Source: Thermoanaerobaculia bacterium
GTDB taxonomy: Bacteria; Acidobacteriota; Thermoanaerobaculia; UBA5066; Gp7-AA6
Direction of reading: 5' to 3'
NCBI GenBank assembly: GCA_035498835.1
Contig: DATJZU010000144.1
Location: forward strand, 654-64,653
DNA: 64,000 nucleotides
Position numbers and translations under genes: made by a program. Positions 25,871 to 35,391 of this stretch are shown here, piece by piece (within the stretch, counting starts at the first letter, position 1; the number at the start of each line of letters is the position of its first letter). The notes under the pieces are model-generated. The model was given only the letters and a program-made list of their open reading frames with translations. It ran no database searches and was not told where the DNA came from.

Positions 25871-27124
25871 CTAGCGCCGCGCCTGCGGCTTGGACGGCTT
25901 CCGAACCGCCGGCGGCGCCTTCTTCGCGGCCTTCTTCGGCTCGCGTTCCGCGTCCGCGGCGCCGGGAAGCAGGCCGCGCACGACGTCCTCACGCACGGTG
26001 TCGCCCTCCGTCAGGATGTAGGCGCGATGCACCATGTTGCGAAGCTCGCGCACGTTGCCGGGCCAGTCGCGCGCCTGGAGCAGCTGGATCGCGGCCGGCT
26101 CGAAGTGCTTGACGCCGGACTTCTCCTGCTGGTCGATCTCGCGCAGGAAGTGCTCGGCCAGAATCGGGATGTCCTCGCGCCGCTCCTTGAGCGCCGGAAG
26201 CCGCAGGGGAAAGACATTGAGCCGATAGTAGAGGTCCTCGCGAAGCTTTCCTTCGCGCATCGCCACTTCCGGATCGCGATTCGTCGCCGAGAGGAGCCGC
26301 ACGTCCACGCGAATCTCCTGCGCGCCGCCGACGCGCCGCAGGCTCTTCTCCTCGAGGACGCGCAGCAGACGCACCTGCAGCTCCGCGCTCATCTCGGTGA
26401 TCTCGTCGAGGAAGAGCGTCCCTTCGTTGGCCTCTTCGAAATAGCCGACGCGCCGCTTGTCCGCGCCGGTGAAGGAGCCGCGCTCGTGCCCGAAGAGCTC
26501 GCTTTCGATGAGCGTCGGCGAAACCGCTCCGCAGTTGAACGCCACGAAGGGTTTCCCGGCCCGCCGCGAGAGCCGATGGATGGTTCGAGCGGCCACTTCC
26601 TTCCCGCTGCCGGACGCGCCCGAGATCAGGACGGGCGCGGCGGTGCGCGCGACCTTCCGAAGCGACTCGAAGACCGTCTGCATCGCTTCCGACCGCCCGA
26701 CCATTTCTCCCAGTCGGCCCGTTTCCTGGAGCTCCGTCCGCAGCTCGTCGAGCTCGAGCTCCAGCCGGCGCCGCTCGGCGACCCGCTGGTACACGGCCTC
26801 AAGCTGCGGGGGACGCAAGGGTTTCAGGAGATAGTCGGCCGCGCCGGCACGCAGCGCCTCGATCGCGTGATCGATGGCGCTCGATCCGGTGATCACGATC
26901 GCGTCCATGTCGGGCGCCGCCTGTCGCGCCTCGCGCAGGATCTCGAGACCGTCGCCGTCCGGCAGCGAGATGTCCACGATGAGGAGATGCGGCGCCGACT
27001 CCCGAAGCGCGTCGGACGCCTGGCGCGCCGTGCCGACGCCACGCGGCTCTCCGCCAAGATCCCGGATCGCCGTTTCGAGACTCTTGCGGAGGGACGCGTC
27101 GTCCTCGACGATCAGCGTTCTCAA
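25871..27124 (-). CDS. Sigma-54-dependent response regulator (REC + AAA+ sigma-54 activator) lacking a C-terminal HTH
   Basis: The REC domain is present (LIVEDDASL...DISLPDGDG...LLKP). Walker A GASGSGKE, the GAFTGA-variant GSFTGA and the Arg finger are present. The C-terminus ends in a Lys/Pro-rich tail with no Fis-type HTH. Preferred start is TTG 27124 (MRTLIVEDD), which overlaps the upstream ORF stop (TTGA). The alternative ATG at 27184 adds 20 arginine-rich residues. Confidence 0.8.
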   Translation of the reverse strand: MRTLIVEDDASLRKSLETAIRDLGGEPRGVGTARQASDALRESAPHLLIVDISLPDGDGLEILREARQAAPDMDAIVITGSSAIDHAIEALRAGAADYLLKPLRPPQLEAVYQRVAERRRLELELDELRTELQETGRLGEMVGRSEAMQTVFESLRKVARTAAPVLISGASGSGKEVAARTIHRLSRRAGKPFVAFNCGAVSPTLIESELFGHERGSFTGADKRRVGYFEEANEGTLFLDEITEMSAELQVRLLRVLEEKSLRRVGGAQEIRVDVRLLSATNRDPEVAMREGKLREDLYYRLNVFPLRLPALKERREDIPILAEHFLREIDQQEKSGVKHFEPAAIQLLQARDWPGNVRELRNMVHRAYILTEGDTVREDVVRGLLPGAADAEREPKKAAKKAPPAVRKPSKPQARR

Positions 27125-27351
27125 CGCGGCTCGTCCGGTCCGCCGAGAAGCTCCGAGCGCCCGCGCTCGAAGATCTCGAAACATCGCGCCAGTTCGCGCC
27201 GCGCCACGTCGAGCAGCGTGGACGGATCCTCGCCTTTCGCCGCCCGCCGGCTGGCCGTCTCGAGATTCAGCGCGACGGCCGAAAGCGGCGCCGAAACGTC
27301 ATGGAGGAAGCGGCGTAGCCTCGCGGGCTCGATGGAGTTCTCAAGTTGCAT
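27121..27351 (-). CDS. 76-aa ORF consisting only of a HisKA/DHp-like helix pair (H-box RRFLHDVSAPLSAV), coupled to the sigma-54 activator
   Basis: [65 protein letters not shown]... It has no ATP-binding domain and its stop overlaps the regulator start. Confidence 0.4.
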   Translation of the reverse strand: MQLENSIEPARLRRFLHDVSAPLSAVALNLETASRRAAKGEDPSTLLDVARRELARCFEIFERGRSELLGGPDEPR

Positions 27352-27376
27352 GGAATTCGATCCTATCTCGCCTCCG

Positions 27377-27417
27377 GGGCCCGTCCGGCGGCGGTAAAAA
27401 AAGGGCCCCGCCGGAAC
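27377..27417 (-). terminator. Rho-independent terminator of the tandem-repeat protein gene (GGCCCCGTTCCGGCGGGGCC + CTTTTTTTACC on minus strand)
   Basis: Hairpin plus T7 tract read from the reverse complement of about 27380..27415. Confidence 0.5.
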
Positions 27418-27451
27418 GGGGCCTTTCGTCTCGAAACGTTCGGATGAGCGA

Positions 27452-28096
27452 TCAGGCCTTCCCGCTGTACCGCGCGATCGCCGTGATGCTCTCGCCCGAC
27501 TCTCCCTTTCGCCGCGTGACCTTCACCCGCTCGCCGACCGCAATCGTTCCGGAGACCGCCGCGTTCTCGTCGAGATCGAAGCTGTAGTCCTTGTTGTTGG
27601 GACCCGTCACGACGATCTTCTTGCCGGCCTCGTATTTCTTGACCACGCCGACGACCGACTCGGTCTTGGACTTCGTGTCGGGCGCGTTCACGTGCTCGTT
27701 CTTCGTCGTGCTCTCAGTATGCGACTTGGGCATCGTGGCGGCCATCGTCGCGCTCCTGGAAGCCTCCGAGACGACCGACACGCGCTCGTGTCCGTCCGTG
27801 CCCTTCCAGTATTCGACCTTGGCCTGTTGCCCGACGACGACCGCGCCCTCGACGCGCGCGTTCTCGTCGAGGTCGAAGGAGTAGGTCTTGTCCTTCGGTC
27901 CGGCGATCTTGATCTTCTTGCCGGCCTCGTATTCCTTGACCGTGCCGACGACCGTCTCCATCTTCGCCTTGGTATCCGGGCCAGGCCCCGAGTGCTTCAC
28001 CGTGGTTTCCGTGGACGTCGTGGTTTGCGTCTCCTGGGCCGCGACGAAGCTCGCGGCGGCCAGAAGCCCCGCAGCCAGCAGAAACGTGCGTTTCAT
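27452..28096 (-). CDS. Secreted protein with two tandem ~80-aa CusF-like/OB-like repeats (paralog of 19514..19810)
   Basis: A strong SD AAGGAGAGAGAG precedes ATG 28096. Signal peptide MKRTFLLAAGLLAAASFVAA. Repeat 1 is VVGTVKEYEAGKKIKIAGPKDKTYSFDLDENARVEG. Repeat 2 is VVGVVKKYEAGKKIVVTGPNNKDYSFDLDENAAVSG. Confidence 0.6.
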   Translation of the reverse strand: MKRTFLLAAGLLAAASFVAAQETQTTTSTETTVKHSGPGPDTKAKMETVVGTVKEYEAGKKIKIAGPKDKTYSFDLDENARVEGAVVVGQQAKVEYWKGTDGHERVSVVSEASRSATMAATMPKSHTESTTKNEHVNAPDTKSKTESVVGVVKKYEAGKKIVVTGPNNKDYSFDLDENAAVSGTIAVGERVKVTRRKGESGESITAIARYSGKA

Positions 28097-28304
28097 CTCT
28101 CTCTCCTTTACGTAGGGCTTCTGCGCGAAGCCACGAGAGGTTCTTTCAAGAGTCGTGCCGACTCGAGACGTGAAATAAGCGCCGAGGGTCCACCGGGATT
28201 CCCGGACCGAGACGCCCCCGAGGCGCACGCTTTCGCGACGCCTCCGCGTTTCAGCCGAGCGCGGCGCACCGCGCGGCCCCCGCGCCGCGAATCCGTCGCG
28301 GCCA

Positions 28305-28562
28305 TCACGCGGAGTGCACGTTCCCCGCCCTCTCCGTCGGGGACGGGAACGAATGCACCTTGCCGCCTCGGGATAAGTCCCGATCGCCGGCGGGCTTCTG
28401 GCGCACGAGAAGCAGGCTCAACAGCAGCGTGGCGAAGACGAGCGCTATGTACACCACTCCCGAGACTCGGAAGAAAAGGGAGATTCCCAGAATGACGGCG
28501 ATGAGAAATGCGAGCGAAGAGTCCCGAAGGATCGTGGACGCCCGTCCGACCGAGGGCCTCAT
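28305..28562 (-). CDS. Small 2-TM membrane protein (hypothetical)
   Basis: 85 aa with two clear hydrophobic helices. Its ATG overlaps the stop of the upstream small ORF (ATGA). Confidence 0.35.
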   Translation of the reverse strand: MRPSVGRASTILRDSSLAFLIAVILGISLFFRVSGVVYIALVFATLLLSLLLVRQKPAGDRDLSRGGKVHSFPSPTERAGNVHSA

Positions 28563-28768
28563 CCTTCCTCCCGCAGTTGAACGCGCGTGTCGAGCTCGCG
28601 GTAGCCTGGCAGCCGGATCGGAACATTTCCTGTCGGAACGGGACGAGACGGCCGATCCGCGCCGCCGTCATCTTCGTCCGCCGGATTCGGGTCCTGGATC
28701 TCGTCCCCGCGGACGAGGGCTCCGATTTCGGGGCCGGAAGATCCATTGACGATCTCGGAGCGGTTCAT
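28559..28768 (-). CDS. Small acidic hypothetical protein
   Basis: 69 aa MNRSEIVNGSSGPEIGALVRGDEIQDPNPADEDDGGADRPSRPVPTGNVPIRLPGYRELDTRVQLREEG. A strong SD CAGGAGG lies 7 nt upstream. Confidence 0.35.
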   Translation of the reverse strand: MNRSEIVNGSSGPEIGALVRGDEIQDPNPADEDDGGADRPSRPVPTGNVPIRLPGYRELDTRVQLREEG

Positions 28769-29004
28769 GACGAACCTCCTGAAGAGCGACCGCTGTTCTT
28801 CATCGAGATTCCTCGGTGCACTCCTCATGCCAGCCCGTCGTCGGGACTTCGACGGCCGCGCCGCCATGCCCAGAACGAGAATGCGGATCGCAGTCCGCAC
28901 GAAAACGCCTCCCCGCGGCTGGCAGGGTCCTTGCTCCCCGGAGAGAATGATTGGTGTCCGGCCGCGAGTCCCGAGGGGGGCGTTAGCGGCCTCGTTTGCC
29001 CGGA

Positions 29005-30189
29005 CTACCCCGTTCGTTCCTCCGGCGCGCGCTGATGCTCACCGTTCAGAACCTTCTGCACGACGCGTTCCGCGCGGCTCTCGGGGGCATTTTCCAGCGC
29101 CGAGTGATCGGCGATTACCTCGTCGCTCAGGTGCTCGGCGAGCCACACGCGCTCGATCGCCGGATAGGCAGCGACGATCGGAAGCAGGATGACGCCGGCC
29201 ACCCCGAAGAGACTGACGCCCAACACGAGCGTGACGAACACCGCGAGGCTCGACAGCCGCAGACGCCGGCCGTAGACCCGGGGAATGATCACGGAATTCT
29301 CGAGCAGGTGATAAAGCAGATACAGAGCGGCGACGGCGAACCCCGCGAAGGGCGACACCGTCATCGCGAGCAGCGCGGCCGGGGTCATCGAGACGAGGAC
29401 GCCGAGAACGGGAACGACGTCGCAGATCGCGGCGAGCAGGGCGAGCGGCAGCGCGGCCGGAACGCGAAGAACGGCCAGCACGCCGAGCGTGAAGACACCG
29501 TAGAGGGTGGAAATCAGGAATTGACCCTGAACGTACGCCATCACGACATCGGAGATCTCCGGCAGCGTCTGCGCCATCTTGCTCCGGTGCCGGCGGGGAA
29601 CGTAGGCGAGCAGCCAGGCGTACACCCGCTTCCCGTCGAGAAGGAGATACAGCACGAGGACGAACAGGACCGCGGCTCCGACCACACCGGTGACCGCGAC
29701 GCGACCCCACGCCAGCGGCCTCTTGAGCGACGCGGCGACTTCCGGCGAGGACGGCAGATCCATGATCTGCAGCGCCAGGCGCGCGAGGACGGGATAGTCT
29801 GCGGACACCCGGCGTTCCACCCGCGCGCGATAGAGCGGGTAGTTCTGCGCGAGCGTCGTGATTTGCGATCCGAGCGAGGGGACGACGAACACGAGGACGC
29901 CCCCGACGACGGCGAGGATCAGAAAGCCCACGAGCGCCACCGCGAGCTTTCGGGAAAGGCCGCGCCGCTCGAGGCGTCGGACGGCCGGAGCGAGCGCCAG
30001 AGCCAGCAGCAGAGCCAGCAGGAGCAGGAAGATTTCCGGAAGGATCCGGACGGCGGCCCAGGCCAGGCCGATCGCGGCGATCACCTTGAGGATCGTGGTC
30101 GCGGGGATTCGAAGCTCGGCCTTTTGCCGTTCGGGCTCCGGAGTGTCGATCGACGAGTTTCGCGGCTTCACGAACCCAGCGGCCAGCAA
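29005..30189 (-). CDS. AI-2E family transporter (PerM/YdiK-like, UPF0118)
   Basis: 394 aa with 8 TM helices. It has the characteristic long central loop and motifs (VPRRHRSKMAQTLPEISDVVMAYVQGQFLIS, LLENSVIIPRVYG). Confidence 0.8.
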   Translation of the reverse strand: MLAAGFVKPRNSSIDTPEPERQKAELRIPATTILKVIAAIGLAWAAVRILPEIFLLLLALLLALALAPAVRRLERRGLSRKLAVALVGFLILAVVGGVLVFVVPSLGSQITTLAQNYPLYRARVERRVSADYPVLARLALQIMDLPSSPEVAASLKRPLAWGRVAVTGVVGAAVLFVLVLYLLLDGKRVYAWLLAYVPRRHRSKMAQTLPEISDVVMAYVQGQFLISTLYGVFTLGVLAVLRVPAALPLALLAAICDVVPVLGVLVSMTPAALLAMTVSPFAGFAVAALYLLYHLLENSVIIPRVYGRRLRLSSLAVFVTLVLGVSLFGVAGVILLPIVAAYPAIERVWLAEHLSDEVIADHSALENAPESRAERVVQKVLNGEHQRAPEERTG

Positions 30190-30251
30190 GAGTCGCGCCC
30201 GGGTCTAGAATCTCTTCCGCGGCGACGCGGACGGGCCCCGCGGCACGCTTC

Positions 30252-32324
30252 ATGAAAGCCATGGACATTCCCGACCGAACCCCTCGAAATCTCGCGTCCG
30301 GAGCGGTTTGGGACCTGGTGCGCGGCGTCAGCCTTGCCGCCGCCTACCTGCTTCTTGCGCGGGCGGGGCTCGGATTTCACGCGGTCAGCCAGTTCGCGAC
30401 GCTCGTTTGGGCACCGAGCGGCATCGCCCTCGCGTCCATGCTCCTCTGGGGCTTCGGCATGTGGCCCGCCGTCGCGGTGGCGGCCTTCGCGGCGAATCTC
30501 TGGAACGGCGCTCCGGCCGCCGTGGCCCTCGCGATCGCCGCGGGAAACACGGGCGAGGCGGTCTTCGCGACCTGGGCGCTGCGGAAGATCCCGGGCTTCC
30601 GTGCCGAGCTCGACCGTCTGCCGGACGTCCTCGGACTCGCTCTCCTCGGAGGCGTCGCCGCGCCGACGATCAGCGCGACGGTGGGCGTCGTGAGCCTCGC
30701 CGCCGCCGGAATCGTCGGTCCGGCCACGATCGACCCGACGTGGCGCGCCTGGTGGCTGGGCGACGCGATCGCGATCCTCATCGTCACGCCCCTCCTTCTG
30801 ACGTGGCGTGCCCGGCCGCCGCGGGCCGGCCTCGCCGCGAGAATGGAGTTCGCGGCCCTCGTCGTCCTCCTGGCGCTGGCCGGCCTCCTGATCTTCGAGC
30901 TCCGGTTCCGCGCGACGACGATGGTGCTGACGCCGTTCCTGATCTGGGCGGCTCTCCGCTTCGAGGTGCGCGGCGCCGTGTGGGGGACGTTCCTCGCCGC
31001 GGCAATCGCCATCTGGGCCACCGCTCGCGGCCACGGCCCGTTCGCATCGGCCTCGGTCGAAGAGGGACTTCTTCATCTTCAGACATTCATGGGCCTGACG
31101 TCGGCGACCTTCCTCGTTCTCGGCGCGACGGCGTTGGAGCGCCGAAAAGCCGAGCAGGCTCTTCGCGCGGAAAAGGAACACGCCGAAGAAGCGAGCCACG
31201 CCAAGGACCGATTCCTCGCCACGCTCTCCCACGAGCTGCGGACGCCCCTCACCCCGGTGCTCGCCTACAGCTCGATGCTCGAGCAGGACGAGAGCCTGCC
31301 GCGCGGGGTTCGCGATCGTCTCGAGATCGTGAAACGCAACGCGCGGCTCGAGGCCCGACTCATCGACGACCTGCTCGATCTGACCCGCGTGTCGTCGGGG
31401 AAGCTCGTCATCCGTACGACGAGCGTCTCCGTCGCGAAAGCTCTCGATCACGCCGTGGAAGTCTGCCGGGACGAAGCCGCAACCGCCGGCGTCACCGTCG
31501 TTCGGGAGAACGCGCCGGAGACGGCCTTCGTCCGGGCCGACCCCGCGCGTCTGCGGCAGGTCTTCTGGAACATTCTCGAGAACGCGATCAAGTTCACGCC
31601 GCGCGGCGGCCGGGTCGTCGTCCACGACTCGCCGGCGCCGGGCGGCCGCGTGGCGGTCGAGATCTCGGACTCGGGCTGCGGAATCGAAGCATCCGAGGTC
31701 GCACGCATCTTCCGTCCCTTCGAACAGGCTTCCCACGGCAAAGGCGGCCTCGGTCTCGGGCTCGCCATCTCGCGGGCGCTCGTCGAGTCTCAGGGCGGAT
31801 CCCTGACTGCGGCGAGCCGGGGCCCCGGCGAGGGCGCGACCTTTCGAATCGAGCTTCCGGAGGGTTCGGCGTCCGACGCCGCCGCGCCACCTCCCGGTCC
31901 GCCGGGTACCGCCCCGGAGCCGCACGAGCGCCGGATCCTCCTTGTCGAGGACCACCCCGACTCGGCGCGCGCGGCGGCGGATCTCCTGCGGGAGCTCTCT
32001 TATCGCGTCGTCGTGGCGGCCAATGTCGCCGAGGCCCTCGAGGCGTCCGCTGTGGAGCCCTTCGATCTCGTGCTCTCGGACCTGGGCCTCCCGGACGGCA
32101 GCGGCCTCGATCTCATGCAGACGCTGCACCAGCGCCACGGGCTGCGCGGGATCGCGATCTCGGGATACGGCATGGAGGAGGATCGCCGGGCCTCCCAGGA
32201 GGCGGGCTTCGTGGACCACCTCGTCAAACCGATCTCCTTCGAGCGCCTCGCGGCCGCCCTCGAGCGCTTCTTCGCCGAGGAAGCGGCGCCGCAAGTCGAA
32301 GCGTCCGCGGCGCCGGCGTCCTAA
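30252..32324 (+). CDS. Hybrid sensor histidine kinase with N-terminal MASE1-type integral membrane sensor, HisKA, HATPase_c and receiver
   Basis: 690 aa. The N-terminal 300 aa form about 8 TM helices of MASE1 style. H-box LATLSHELRTPLTP. N/G boxes are present. The C-terminal REC domain shows ILLVEDHPDS...DLGLPDGSG...HLVKP. Confidence 0.85.
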   Translation: MKAMDIPDRTPRNLASGAVWDLVRGVSLAAAYLLLARAGLGFHAVSQFATLVWAPSGIALASMLLWGFGMWPAVAVAAFAANLWNGAPAAVALAIAAGNTGEAVFATWALRKIPGFRAELDRLPDVLGLALLGGVAAPTISATVGVVSLAAAGIVGPATIDPTWRAWWLGDAIAILIVTPLLLTWRARPPRAGLAARMEFAALVVLLALAGLLIFELRFRATTMVLTPFLIWAALRFEVRGAVWGTFLAAAIAIWATARGHGPFASASVEEGLLHLQTFMGLTSATFLVLGATALERRKAEQALRAEKEHAEEASHAKDRFLATLSHELRTPLTPVLAYSSMLEQDESLPRGVRDRLEIVKRNARLEARLIDDLLDLTRVSSGKLVIRTTSVSVAKALDHAVEVCRDEAATAGVTVVRENAPETAFVRADPARLRQVFWNILENAIKFTPRGGRVVVHDSPAPGGRVAVEISDSGCGIEASEVARIFRPFEQASHGKGGLGLGLAISRALVESQGGSLTAASRGPGEGATFRIELPEGSASDAAAPPPGPPGTAPEPHERRILLVEDHPDSARAAADLLRELSYRVVVAANVAEALEASAVEPFDLVLSDLGLPDGSGLDLMQTLHQRHGLRGIAISGYGMEEDRRASQEAGFVDHLVKPISFERLAAALERFFAEEAAPQVEASAAPAS

Positions 32325-33541
32325 GCCTTCGCCGCTTCGAGCGACTTCCGGGCGCGGGCTCGGTCCGCGACCGCCGCGACGACGTACTCCGCGTCGCGCG
32401 CCATCCCGTGAATCATCGTCGAGGAGAACGCGTAGAGAAAGTGGAGCCCGACGAAGTAGAGGCCGGGATGCTCCGCGACGATTCCGCGCGCGTGCCCGGG
32501 CTCGTCCTTGCCGCCCGGCAGCTCCAGGTCGATCCACGAGAAGCCCGGCGTGAAACCGGTCGACCAGATCACGTTCGCGACGTGGAGGACGCGGCCGTCG
32601 GAGAGCAGCGGCTTGCCGTCGCGGATTCCGGCGACACGCGGCGTACGGCGGACTCCGGCCGCCGCGAGCTGCTTCGGTTTGACGCGGATGAGGGGTCCGC
32701 CCTTCGTGATGACGCTCTCCCGCGCCTTGCGGCCGAGCGGATTGTCGCGCGTCAGGACCCGGTGAAACAGGCCCCGGAACACGAACGGCAGCAGAACGTG
32801 ACGCGCCGCGGGCCCGTCGATGCGGAAGGGAACGGCGCCCGTGCCGCGTCCCGCCAACCAGGTCTCGTGCGTCCGCGCCGACTCGATCGCGATCTCCGCG
32901 CCCGAGTTCCCCGCCCCGACGACGAGCACGCCGCCTTCGGCGAGCTGGCCCGGGCTGCGGTAGGCGCTCGAGTGGAGCTGCACGATGCGCGGGTCGAGCT
33001 CCCGGGAGAACTCCGGAATGCGCGGTCTCTGATACGTCGCCATGGCAACGACGACCTGCGCGGCTTCGAAGCGATGCCGTCCGGAGTCGGGATCTGCCGC
33101 CGTCGCGACGTAGTGGTCGCCTTCCCGCCAGAGCCGGTCGACCCGCACCCCGGTTCGGACGGGCAGCGCGAACCGCGCCGCGTAGCTCTCGAGATAGTCC
33201 GCCATCTCGTCCTTGGTCGGGAAGCTGTGGGGCGGCGCCGGGAACGGCATGCCGGCGAGGCCGTCGTATCGGGCGGGCGTGAAGAGGCGGAGCGAGTCCC
33301 AACGATTCCGCCATGCGTCGCCGATGCGCGCGTTGCCGTCCAGGATCAGGAACCGCAGGCCCGTGCGCGCGAGAAAGTGGCCGACCGAGAGCCCGGCCTG
33401 TCCCGCGCCGATCACGAGCACGTCCAAACGCTCGGTGCGGCTCTCCGCGGGCGAGGGACGCGGCGTCAGTCGCAGGAAGGCCGATCCCTCCTCGATCAGC
33501 GCCGCCCCGGCGTCCTTCGGCTCGGTCTTCGTGCGGTTCAT
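32321..33541 (-). CDS. Flavin-containing monooxygenase-like NAD(P)/FAD-binding oxidoreductase
   Basis: Two dinucleotide-binding motifs are present (VLVIGAGQAGLSVG and VLVVGAGNSGAEIA), plus an FMO-type linker. Its start overlaps the kinase stop. Confidence 0.75.
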   Translation of the reverse strand: MNRTKTEPKDAGAALIEEGSAFLRLTPRPSPAESRTERLDVLVIGAGQAGLSVGHFLARTGLRFLILDGNARIGDAWRNRWDSLRLFTPARYDGLAGMPFPAPPHSFPTKDEMADYLESYAARFALPVRTGVRVDRLWREGDHYVATAADPDSGRHRFEAAQVVVAMATYQRPRIPEFSRELDPRIVQLHSSAYRSPGQLAEGGVLVVGAGNSGAEIAIESARTHETWLAGRGTGAVPFRIDGPAARHVLLPFVFRGLFHRVLTRDNPLGRKARESVITKGGPLIRVKPKQLAAAGVRRTPRVAGIRDGKPLLSDGRVLHVANVIWSTGFTPGFSWIDLELPGGKDEPGHARGIVAEHPGLYFVGLHFLYAFSSTMIHGMARDAEYVVAAVADRARARKSLEAAKA

Positions 33542-33662
33542 GTTCGTCCTCCTTGCCGACGACGTGCACGGTACGCGGAGTGCGGGCCCCGCGCGTCGGA
33601 AGAACCTCCCAATTGTCGGCCACTTCCGGCATGGGGGATTCTCCCCACGACGGTGGCCGAGA

Positions 33663-35333
33663 TCAGATCAAGCCGTGCTCGTAGGCGAAAGCCGTCGCGG
33701 CCGCCCGGGACGAGACGCCGACCTTGTCGAAAATGTTGCTCAGGTGGCGGTCCACGGTCTTCTCGCTCAGGAAGAGCTCCGCGGCGATCGCCTTGTTCGT
33801 CTTGCCGCCGGCCACGAGGCGCAGCACCTGTAGTTCCCGGGCCGTCAGGCCGTGCGGCCGCGCGTCCGCCGGGGGCTTCGGCGGCGCCTCGAGGCGCGCG
33901 AGGTCGGGCGCGGCGCCCAGGTCCCGGTACACGGCGCGCGCGGCATCCGTTTCGAGGCGCCAGCCGTCCTCGTCTCCGAGCTCCCGGCAGGCCCGGCCGA
34001 CGAGCTCGCGCACGCGCGCCGCGAGATACGGCGCCCCGAGCGAGCGCCAGATCTCGAAAGAGCGGCGCAGCGGCTCGAGCGCCGCCGCCGCGTCGCCCTC
34101 CGCCAGCCGCACGGCGCCCCGCGCGCGCGCGGCCATCGCGGAGACGACGTCCGTGTCGAGCCTCGCCGCGGCGTCTTCGAGCTCGCCGGCGGCGCGGCGG
34201 GCCTCGTCGAGATCGCACGCGGCGATCATGATCTCGACGTGCGCCGGAAGCAGGCGCGTCCGCTCGGTCCAGTCCACGGCCGCCCTCACGACCCGCCGCA
34301 TCGCCGAGGCGGCGGCCTCGATTCTCCCCTGTGCGGCGCGCAGCAGCGCGAGGCCCGGCTGAGGCTCGGAGCCCCGGCGGCTCGCGCTCGCGTAGGCCTC
34401 CTCGGCCTCGGCGAACTCGCCGCGAAGGCGATGGAGCTCCGCCCGCTGGTAGAAGGCCGGCGCCGCCGCGCGCTCGGGTGTGCTCGCGAGGAGCCTCTCC
34501 GAAGCGCGCCGCGCTTCCGCGATCGCTTCCGACCACTGTCCGTTCCACTGCAGAATCTCGGAACGATGGACGAGACACTGTCCCGTGAAGGAGACGCCGC
34601 CCGGCTGCGAGTCACAAAAAGTCTTCAGAGCCTCGGTCCACTCGCGCGCCCGCCCGAGCGCGTACACGTTTTGGCAGCATCGGATCACGATGCAGTAGAT
34701 GAGCCCCGTCACGAGCGGCGTGACCTCGCCCGCGGAGACGGCGACCATCGCCTCGTCCAGGAGCTCGAGCCCTTCCGTGACGCGGCCCTCCCCGAGAAAC
34801 GCCTGACCTTCGAGGTTCCGCGCGAAGGCGAGCAGGTCCGTGTCGGAGAAGCGCCGCGCGATCGCGGCCGCCTCGGCTGCGGCGGCGCGCGCGGCGTCCC
34901 ACTCCCGGAACGCGAGATGCTGGCGGGCGGCGGACAGCAACAGGTAGCCGCGCTCGGCGCAGTCGAGGCCGGCCTCGTCGAGCACGCGCCGGGCGCGCGC
35001 GTGCCATCCCGTGCCGCGGCCCGTCTCGCCGAGGGACAGGAGTCGAAAACCGAGCCAGAAGGCGGAACGCGCCGCCGCCGCGGCGTTGCCCAACGCGAGA
35101 TGCGCCTGATGGGCGCGCTCGAGCGCCTGCAGGAACTCCGCATCGCGGCCGAGCAGCCCTGCGGACATCGCGAGCCGGTCGAGATCACCCGCGTCGAGCG
35201 GGTCGGCGACGTCGGCTGCGGAGAGCGCCTCGAACGCGGCGGCGAAGTCGCGACACGCATACGCCTTTCGTCCGCGCACGAGCGGCGGCTCCGGAGGACG
35301 GCGCGAAGATCTGGCGGCGCGACGGGCCTTCAT
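33663..35333 (-). CDS. LuxR-family transcriptional regulator with large N-terminal TPR/MalT-like helical domain
   Basis: The C-terminal 60 aa show the LuxR HTH (LTARELQVLRLVAGGKTNKAIAAELFLSEKTVDRHLSNIFDKVGVSSRAAA). The upstream 480 aa are Ala/Leu-rich helical repeats. Confidence 0.8.
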   Translation of the reverse strand: MKARRAARSSRRPPEPPLVRGRKAYACRDFAAAFEALSAADVADPLDAGDLDRLAMSAGLLGRDAEFLQALERAHQAHLALGNAAAAARSAFWLGFRLLSLGETGRGTGWHARARRVLDEAGLDCAERGYLLLSAARQHLAFREWDAARAAAAEAAAIARRFSDTDLLAFARNLEGQAFLGEGRVTEGLELLDEAMVAVSAGEVTPLVTGLIYCIVIRCCQNVYALGRAREWTEALKTFCDSQPGGVSFTGQCLVHRSEILQWNGQWSEAIAEARRASERLLASTPERAAAPAFYQRAELHRLRGEFAEAEEAYASASRRGSEPQPGLALLRAAQGRIEAAASAMRRVVRAAVDWTERTRLLPAHVEIMIAACDLDEARRAAGELEDAAARLDTDVVSAMAARARGAVRLAEGDAAAALEPLRRSFEIWRSLGAPYLAARVRELVGRACRELGDEDGWRLETDAARAVYRDLGAAPDLARLEAPPKPPADARPHGLTARELQVLRLVAGGKTNKAIAAELFLSEKTVDRHLSNIFDKVGVSSRAAATAFAYEHGLI

Positions 35334-35391
35334 CGCGGTGAGTCTATTGGGTCGAGCGAGTTTTCGGGCGCCGGCCGCCTGGGGACTCGCC

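Noticed and set aside
27124-27184. ATG at 27184 as the start of the sigma-54 regulator
   Set aside because: It adds 20 arginine-rich residues read from the alternate frame of the upstream ORF. TTG 27124 gives the canonical MRTLIVEDD start and TTGA coupling. This is uncertain, and both are noted.
28108-28746. 212-aa minus-strand ORF
   Set aside because: Arginine/serine-rich with no motif. It overlaps the better-supported small coupled ORFs at 28305..28768.
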